From Bacillales bacterium UBA743 (GTDB taxonomy: Bacteria; Bacillota_I; Bacilli_A; RFN20; CAG-826), in the NCBI GenBank assembly GCA_002297365.1, contig DBKT01000011.1, positions 210,650 through 274,649 on the forward strand: a stretch of 64,000 bases of DNA, in the 5' to 3' direction. Under the pieces are notes generated by a model. It was not told the origin of the DNA, did no database searches, and saw only the letters and a list, made by a program, of their open reading frames with translations. Within the stretch, counting starts at the first letter, position 1. Every line of letters starts with the position of its first letter. This document shows positions 57,372 to 64,000 of this stretch, piece after piece. The translations under genes and the position numbers were made by a program.

Positions 57372-58772
57372 CTATTCTTGAAAAGAGTTCGCGCATTTAT
57401 TCGTCTTTCCCTTATAAATATGGCAGGTGAATATCAAAGCGTAAGCAGCCGCGACCGCTTCAGCAACATAGCTCCCCCACCAAATGGCGTCTATCCCAAA
57501 ACAGCGCCCGAAGAGGAAGCAAGCCGGGAAAAGGAGGACAAGCAAGCGAATCCCCGTGATGACCATCGGGTGGATGCCATTCCCAAAGGCCTGAAGGACG
57601 CCATTGGAGAGGATGCATATCGAGGCAAGGACGAAAGTCGGGGCGGTAATGCGCGTTAAGATGACACCCGTGTTGACCCATTCTTCATCAAGATTGAATA
57701 AGAGAAGCAGTTCTTTTGGAACCGCTTCAAAAATAATGGTTCCTGTTAGAGCAATGATTGCTCCATAAAGATAGCCCCACATAATCGCGTCTTTTGCTCT
57801 TTTCTTATTTTCGTTTCCATAGTTATAAGCAATGATTGGAAGCAACGCATTCACAAGCCCATAAAGAGCCATGAAAATGAAGCTCTGTAATTTGAAATAA
57901 ACGCCATATATGCCAACAAGCATGTCTTGCGTTGCCCCACTTTGGCTAAAAAGAGACATAAACACTAGTTGAAAGACAAGCGGTTGAAGACTTTGGAAAG
58001 CCTGAAGGATGATGCTAGGAAGACCAACACGAAGAATTTCCCTCATCATTGGAAAATCAAAGACTATATCTTTCTTATGAATCGTTATTTCTTTATTTAC
58101 GAACAAAACCAAGAGGAAACCGACAACCATAGACACCATCTGCCCGATGATGGTTGCAATAGCAGCTCCTTCAACGCCCATATTCCATACCAAAATGAAA
58201 ATAGGATCTAAGATGATATTTACAACAGCCCCAGATAGTTGCATCACCATGGCAAGGTTTGTTTTACCTGTCGCACATAAAGAACGCTCACTTACAAGCT
58301 GAAGGAGCTGCCCAAAAGAGAAAATAAAGCAAAGACCAAGGTATTTTGCACCCATTTCGATGACCATTTGGTCTTCGCTCATCTTTGAAAAATAGAAATT
58401 CCCGAAATAAATTGCTAAGCCAAAAGAGAGGAAAAGAACATAAAAGAAAGCCATCAAAAGATAGCCATTGATGCAAGAGCGGGCAGCTTTATCACCCTTA
58501 CCTTCTCCAAGGGCTTTCGACAAAACGGAATTGACGCCGATTCCTGTTCCAATAGCCACTGCTACCAATAACGTTTGCAAAGGATAAGCGTATCCCAATG
58601 CCGTTATGGCTTTCTCATTAAAAGGCGCTTCCATCATTCCGATGAAAATGCTATCCACAATGTTATAGAGAGCACTTACCACCATCGAAAACATCATCGG
58701 AAGAGCCATCTTTAATAATAAAGTTGGGATCTTTTCAGAGCCCATCCGGTTTGCCTTTGCTACACTCACCAT
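57372..58772 (-). CDS. MATE-family multidrug/sodium-antiporter efflux transporter
   Basis: 466 aa, 12 TM, duplicated 6-TM halves with MATE-type conserved regions (PMMFSMVVSALYNIVDSIFIG). Confidence 0.8.
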   Translation of the reverse strand: MVSVAKANRMGSEKIPTLLLKMALPMMFSMVVSALYNIVDSIFIGMMEAPFNEKAITALGYAYPLQTLLVAVAIGTGIGVNSVLSKALGEGKGDKAARSCINGYLLMAFFYVLFLSFGLAIYFGNFYFSKMSEDQMVIEMGAKYLGLCFIFSFGQLLQLVSERSLCATGKTNLAMVMQLSGAVVNIILDPIFILVWNMGVEGAAIATIIGQMVSMVVGFLLVLFVNKEITIHKKDIVFDFPMMREILRVGLPSIILQAFQSLQPLVFQLVFMSLFSQSGATQDMLVGIYGVYFKLQSFIFMALYGLVNALLPIIAYNYGNENKKRAKDAIMWGYLYGAIIALTGTIIFEAVPKELLLLFNLDEEWVNTGVILTRITAPTFVLASICILSNGVLQAFGNGIHPMVITGIRLLVLLFPACFLFGRCFGIDAIWWGSYVAEAVAAAYALIFTCHIYKGKTNKCANSFQE

Positions 58773-59145
58773 AAATAAAAAGCCTCCATGAATTCATTCA
58801 TCGGGGCGAAAAGTAAGCAAAGCTTAGGAAAAATCCTCCGTCATTTTCGCCTATAGTTTAAAGATTGTTATTTCAAAAATCAAATGCGGGAAAAGCAAAA
58901 TGACATTTCCAGCTCTCATTTAGTAAAGAACAGGATTGTTTCTTTACTGTTTGTGTTTTAAATGAACTCCCCCCGCATTTAATGCATTTCTTTTCTTTCT
59001 TAATTATTCCGTAAAAAAATGTTGTTTCTAATTCCGTCTAACGAGAGGGAAGAATCTCGCGAAGAAATCGTTGTTTAATCTTTTCTTATTACATTCATCA
59101 TGCACAATTTAAAAAAGAGTATTTTGGTCGAGTTTGCTTTCTCAA

Positions 59146-59697
59146 ATGGTTTTCATGATATTCCAAAATCTTCAATAGAAGCGTAATGATGATAAATCCT
59201 AAACTCAATACCATCTTTACGATAGCAAGGGTCGAACCCAGAATACGAATCGTCATATTCAAAATTCATCCCGAGGAAAACGTTGTTTATCCTTTCCTTG
59301 CTAGAACACATGCTCAATCCGTAGACATCAACATCTGGGTCGTTGACATAAATAGAACTGACGACAAAGGATTCGTCTTGAGGGTAAAGACGATAATTGA
59401 CACGTTTTTTTCATAATCGACGGTCCCGTCTTGGCCGATATTGTCGGAATATGCCGAATCCATGTAACAAATAAAAACTTCGCGCGGATAATACAAATTT
59501 CTTTCGTTTAAATCCTTGTGCTCAATCACGTCGCCCACCCAATAATCCAGAGCCCAATCGCTTGGCCTTACCCTGGGGTCGACGTCAACGCTCTCGGGCT
59601 TGGAAGGGTTGGAGGAAACCGTAGGATCGTGGTCATCGCAAGAAGGCAAGGTCAAAGAAAAGATCGCCAACATGCCAACAATTATTCTCTTTCTCAT
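59146..59697 (-). pseudogene. Small lipoprotein gene disrupted by a -1 frameshift at an A7 tract (T7 on the plus strand, 59405-59411); candidate phase-variable gene
   Basis: Lipobox LTLPSC. The ORF stops 30 codons after the A7 tract. A protein-like reading frame continues for 60 more codons in the +1 frame to 59146, and A8 would give a continuous 183-aa product. Confidence 0.5.
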
Positions 59698-61174
59698 TTT
59701 TGCTCACCTGCTTTCTCACATAGGGTGTTCAAGGGATAAACAGCATAGTATCCTACAAATAAATTATAATTATGCACTCCCTTGTTGTCTCTATCACACG
59801 TCCTTGGATCCATAATTATCTTTTTGCTATAGTCCTGGTTCGTAACTGCCCCTGTACCTGTTTTGTGTGACCAAGAGCCATCGGAGTTTTGGCGGTACCA
59901 ATGGTAATCATACCCATGAGCGTCATCTGCAGAATCCTGATTATCAATCACAAAAGCGACCTTGTACATTCCTGCCGGGAAAACTTCCCAGCTATTGATT
60001 TCGTTAAAGCCTCAGCATCTCCCCGAATTACCGAAAGAATATTGTTGGTATTAAGCAAATCCTCTGCCTTAATGCCTATTCCGCAAGCTTCACCAGGTTG
60101 CATCGACTCAATCGTTCCTTTCGTCGGGTTTATCTGAGCGTTTAAGGCATAAGAATAGCAATTTAGACGATACTGATAATCGTCCCAGATTTCAGGTTGG
60201 TAATCTAATTCGGATCCCGACAAAGGCATCTTATATTCCGTTGTGTAAAACGACATTCTTCCGATGCAAATTCTGCCCCTGTTATCTTCAGAAGAATAGG
60301 TTCCATCGTAACGCGAATAGAATCTAACCCTATATGCCGGCTGGGAGAATTCAAGCTTATAAATCCTTTTCTCGTTTCTATTCCTCGGTAACCCTGTTTC
60401 TTCAGATAGCAAATCTAACACCGTGACCCATCTATCGCCTATGAATTGCTGTACGACCGCTTCGCCATTGCTGTTCGAAAGCAATTCATTGGACAATTCT
60501 CGCCAATGGGACAGCTCAACATTTATTCTATTCAAAGCAACGCTAAAACGATACTCAATAAAGGCTTCATTAACACCTTTTCTTATCGGAGACATAACTA
60601 TATCTTCATTATGAATGTATCCAACCCTATATCTTCTAGTCTCAAAAGCGAAACCGCGGACTGAATGGGACTGAAAATTTGTTTTCGTCGCATCGTCGGT
60701 TGGATACGCATCCTCGAATCCATACTCGTTCGGGGCGACATATGGTTTATTCGTGTTAAAACCAGGTTTCTCAAATTCAGCCATGCACCAATAATCGTCC
60801 CAATAATGACAAGAATCCGATCCCAAAGTTATCAAAACATAGTATTTTTTCCCGGGGGTTTTGAAAAGAATCTGGTCCCATTCGGATGAAGTCAAAGCGT
60901 ATTTCCATCCAGAAAACTTTGCTTTTTGAAAAATCTTATTTTTACTTGAATCAAGTATCGAAAAGTTGAGGTAAGGGTTTGTGTTTCCCACCCAACGCTC
61001 CCTATAAAGCGATTTCCAAACGAATGTGGGTTTGAGATCAATATGTTCTCCCAATTGCATTTCAATTTCACGAGGGAAGATGAATGCTGACGCATCACAG
61101 TCGTCTCCTCCATTTGAAGAATGGTATTTTGCCCTTAGGTTTTTTCTGCATAAAAATCTAAGCCAATTGCGCAA
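59694..61174 (-). pseudogene. Downstream portion of a multi-domain secreted papain-like peptidase gene, split by frameshifts (at about 61140, an A6 tract, and about 59950-59990)
   Basis: A6 to A7 at 61136-61141 (plus-strand T6) would fuse this frame to the upstream C39-like ORF. The C-terminal region carries a Cys motif (NCYSYAL) and, after the second frameshift, a His motif (HGYDYHWYRQ), consistent with a second papain-like domain. Confidence 0.4.
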
Positions 61175-62070
61175 ACGATGTCCGTGTACCCTAAATCCTT
61201 TAACGAGGCGTGAGTAAGAGCGGTATTATTCTCTTCATTTCTCCACCCAGGATGGACATTAATAGTCCACGTAATAGAATTATAATCGTAGGCCACTACC
61301 GAGTGCGTGTTGGAAGAGTTTGGTTGTTTTACAATCAAAATCATCGGCTTTCCACGCTTAAGGTTTTCAGCGATTTTGTTTTTAATCGAAGATCCGCCAG
61401 AGTTTTCATAGAAATTTATGATGGCTTCTTTTTCAGAATAGTTCCTATATTTATGCATATAGGCATCCAGCAAATCACAAATGTTCTTGCCGCTTAGCCC
61501 AAGGTCCCCTTTAAGAACGGCATAGCTTAAAATCCCAAGGTGTTCCTCGGCCAGGTCGAACAGCTTAAACTGAAAATAGTCTTCTTTCTTTTGAATCGCA
61601 ATATTCAAATACTTATCAAAATCATCATTCGCGAACAAGCCAGATGGTTCGAAGCGAATTCCCGGAGACTCCGTGTTTGTTGGAACTAAATCAAAATCAG
61701 CCGATTGTTGTCTTTCGTATGAATAAATGGAATCAACATCATACGAGTTAGGAATAACCGAATCATTCCAATAAGAGTCGTAAAAAGTCAAAAGCATCCC
61801 AATGGAAACATAGCCGCAAGACCCATAGACATTATTACCGAAATTTTCTCTAAGATTGTCAAAATAATAGGAAGCGTACCTGCTTTGGTTATAGATTTCG
61901 CTTTGACCATTCGAAACCAACTTATTGAACAAATCATCGGTGCGTCCATCACCCAAATAAGCATTGGCAACAACGTCGTTTTCATGCATTGTTTCTTTTT
62001 GAATAGATGCATTTGAAAAAAATGAGAGTAAGAACAAAAAACCGCCTAAAATGAACATCCCCTTTTTCAT
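61135..62070 (-). CDS. Secreted peptidase C39-like (papain-fold, BtrH/C39_2-type) domain protein. The preferred start is the ATG at 62070 (MKKGMFILGG...).
   Basis: Signal peptide after the internal Met. Motifs GSCGYVSIGMLLTFY (Cys nucleophile) and HSVVAYDY (His) typical of C39-like domains. Confidence 0.55.
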   Translation of the reverse strand: MKKGMFILGGFLFLLSFFSNASIQKETMHENDVVANAYLGDGRTDDLFNKLVSNGQSEIYNQSRYASYYFDNLRENFGNNVYGSCGYVSIGMLLTFYDSYWNDSVIPNSYDVDSIYSYERQQSADFDLVPTNTESPGIRFEPSGLFANDDFDKYLNIAIQKKEDYFQFKLFDLAEEHLGILSYAVLKGDLGLSGKNICDLLDAYMHKYRNYSEKEAIINFYENSGGSSIKNKIAENLKRGKPMILIVKQPNSSNTHSVVAYDYNSITWTINVHPGWRNEENNTALTHASLKDLGYTDIVCAIGLDFYAEKT

Positions 62071-62280
62071 AGTGGTTTTCCTTTCGTTTGATTGCAAAAC
62101 GATTTTAAATAGGAGCTCTTTAAAAATCAATTTTATTCAAATGAACGGAATTCTTTGCTTCATATTCTTCGAAATGAAACGTTCTTCCTTTCGGCTTTCG
62201 CATTAAAGACCATTGGTGTTTCTTAACCAATTCGTCCCCTATTTTGATGCACGTCCCCCTTATTTTAAGCAATATAAGAG

Positions 62281-63483
62281 TTATTCAAGCGTTTTAATCC
62301 AAGCGTTCAAGCCTTCGAAACAGCTTTCATCCACCTTAAAGGAATATTTAAATCCTTCAACGGTTTTCATCTTTCTAGATAGAGCGAAGTCCGTAATATT
62401 CTTAATGGCCTCCCCACTCCAACCATAATCGCCAAAGGCAGCAAACTTTTTGCCAGTGAAGAACGGAATTGGCTTGCTGATAAGCAAATCATAGAAGATT
62501 GGCAAAGCGTCGTTTACAACGGTTGGTGTTCCAAAAAGAAGGATTCCTGATGTTTTTATTGCCTCAAGAATGTTTGCCTTCTCTTCTTGGTAATTTAAAG
62601 CGTCAACATAGAAAGAAGAAACCTGCTTACCTTCTTTAATAAGCTCATTTTCGATATGCTCCGCCATCTTTTTCGTATATCCATAGCAAGAAGCGTAAAC
62701 CAATGTCACATGATTCTTATCAAGAACGGGAAGGGCGTCTTTCGCTTCCTTTTCAAAAGCGGAAATCACTTCCTTTGCATCTTTATCGATAACAGGACCA
62801 TGCCCCGTTAAAATCATTGTTACATCCAAGGCACGCACTCTTTCTACAGCTTGAAGAGCAAACGAAGCAAAAGACGACATGATGCAATCGAAATAATAAT
62901 GGAAAGATTCATGATACTCTTCCAAGTTAGTCACTTTGGAGAAAAGGACATCATCAAAAGCATAATGCGTTCCGAAAGCGTCGCAGGTAACCAGCGCTTT
63001 TTCCTCTTCGATATAAGTGAAAAGAACATCTGGCCAATGCAAGAACAACCCCGATATAAAGCGAAGGGTGTATTCGCCAATCTTTAGTTCTTTATTTGGA
63101 GTCATAGCAAGACTCTTGAATGGGAAACGAAGGATGTTTTTTAAATTATTCAAGCCCGCCGGCGAGGCGATAACGACGATATCTGGATTCTTCTCAAGCA
63201 AAGCTTCAATTGCTCCAGAATGATCCGGTTCCGTATGAGCAACGACAAGGTATTTGATGTCTTTAAAATCAATCAAATTTGATATATGGGTCAAATATTC
63301 TTCAGAAAATCCAGCTTTGTTCCCTTCGAAAATAACCCCTCCTTCTTTCGTCTTAAGCAAATAAGAATTATAGGAGGTCCCGTATTTTAAGGGCATTACG
63401 CTATCGAATACTTTTAAATCGTGATCAATGCAACCGACATAATACAAATTTTCTTTCAATTTGAGAGTTTTCATAACATCCAC
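62281..63483 (-). CDS. FprA-family A-type flavodiiron protein (metallo-beta-lactamase-like di-iron domain + flavodoxin domain)
   Basis: MBL-fold ligands HTEPDHSGA, further His/Asp ligands and a C-terminal flavodoxin-like domain (LVYASCYGYTKKMAE). 400 aa. Confidence 0.85.
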   Translation of the reverse strand: MDVMKTLKLKENLYYVGCIDHDLKVFDSVMPLKYGTSYNSYLLKTKEGGVIFEGNKAGFSEEYLTHISNLIDFKDIKYLVVAHTEPDHSGAIEALLEKNPDIVVIASPAGLNNLKNILRFPFKSLAMTPNKELKIGEYTLRFISGLFLHWPDVLFTYIEEEKALVTCDAFGTHYAFDDVLFSKVTNLEEYHESFHYYFDCIMSSFASFALQAVERVRALDVTMILTGHGPVIDKDAKEVISAFEKEAKDALPVLDKNHVTLVYASCYGYTKKMAEHIENELIKEGKQVSSFYVDALNYQEEKANILEAIKTSGILLFGTPTVVNDALPIFYDLLISKPIPFFTGKKFAAFGDYGWSGEAIKNITDFALSRKMKTVEGFKYSFKVDESCFEGLNAWIKTLE

Positions 63484-63619
63484 CTCACAATATCATTCTA
63501 GCAAAATCTAAATGAGGTGATAGGGATAACGCTTTTAGGAAGCCCTTTGGATTCTTATAAAAGCTCATTAGGATATATAACTAACGCAACAAACGACCGC
63601 AGCAAAAGAAACGAAAATA

Positions 63620-64000
63620 TCAGCCACAATAAAAATAGGTTAAAAGCCTAAGAATCGGGATGTATCTTTTCTTCAAGAACAGGCTTGTCGCCGCAAAAGT
63701 TGTGACACCTCCGCTCAAAAGAAACGAAATCAAGCCAATTGGGTTCCCTTGTCCCCACGTTCCTGAAAAAATGCTGACGAAGAAGGCTTCGCGATTGGGG
63801 TAATCTTGACCTGCAGGTATTGGGTAAACATACCTTTTCCCCATGAGAAAGGGTATGAAAACCAGAATGCAGTAAACCACCATTATGGTTAAAACAATGG
63901 CCAAAGACGTCACATTTATCTTTTCAGAGATATCTTTTGCTTCGATGGTTTTCAAAGCGGTCTCGTCCCGTTCAATCAAATCGGAAGCAGGGATGTTGAA
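63620..64000 (-). CDS. Partial integral membrane protein (C-terminal part; ORF open to window end)
   Basis: Hydrophobic helices. The minus-strand reading frame is open beyond position 64000. Confidence 0.3.
   Translation of the reverse strand, partial: FNIPASDLIERDETALKTIEAKDISEKINVTSLAIVLTIMVVYCILVFIPFLMGKRYVYPIPAGQDYPNREAFFVSIFSGTWGQGNPIGLISFLLSGGVTTFAATSLFLKKRYIPILRLLTYFYCG

Noticed and set aside
1-64000. Alternative genetic code (TGA=Trp, Mollicutes code 4)
   Set aside because: Long genes (GH3, guaA, the ABC-FtsX fusion) are intact under the standard code. TGG codons are frequent. Conserved Trp positions, such as LPWRED in MutY, use TGG. The start-less fragment at 29801 is better explained as a remnant.

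Overview
This 64-kb window comes from a low-GC, lipoprotein-rich genome that uses the standard genetic code (TGA is a stop; TGG encodes Trp). Signal peptides ending in Cys and long Ser/Thr-rich linkers suggest a Firmicutes/Mollicutes-like lineage such as Erysipelotrichia or Acholeplasmatales, but this is inference only. I saw no rRNA, tRNA or CRISPR array.

Housekeeping and core genes:
- A PhoU-domain protein and a histidine phosphatase.
- A glutaredoxin-like protein and a YbaK/ProX-type deacylase.
- A cation diffusion facilitator efflux pump.
- A YhaO/YhaN-type SbcD/SbcC-like nuclease-ATPase pair.
- guaB and guaA.
- A TetR regulator divergent from a three-gene ABC exporter.
- An MFS transporter, a MATE transporter and a fused ABC-ATPase/FtsX exporter.
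- A HAD nucleotidase, a MazG-like NTP pyrophosphatase and a GNAT-MutY fusion gene.
- An FprA-type flavodiiron protein.

Accessory content:
1. A LytTR two-component system sits next to a membrane-anchored, domain-permuted GH3 glycosidase and two large Ig-like surface lipoproteins.
2. A roughly 4-kb integrated-element remnant lies at the 3' end of guaB.
 - It is flanked by a 131-bp direct duplication of the guaB 3' end.
 - It has no integrase.
 - It carries an immR(XRE)-immA(HExxH peptidase) regulatory pair driving three uncharacterised cargo genes.
 - The cargo includes a CPCC-type zinc-ribbon repeat protein with a perfect 98-bp internal duplication and a small toxin-like domain protein.
 - This operon is the strongest candidate in the window for an undescribed regulated conflict or toxin system.
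3. A collagen-like (G-X-Y) lipoprotein sits next to an M6-like HExxH metallopeptidase lipoprotein.
4. Two archaeal-type ATPases (DUF4143 type and DUF234 type) flank an IS3-family remnant. Three evenly spaced direct repeats overlie the promoter of the first ATPase.
5. A secreted tandem papain-like (C39-like) peptidase gene and an adjacent lipoprotein gene are both frameshifted, at A6 and A7 homopolymer tracts respectively. That is a plausible pair of phase-variable contingency loci.
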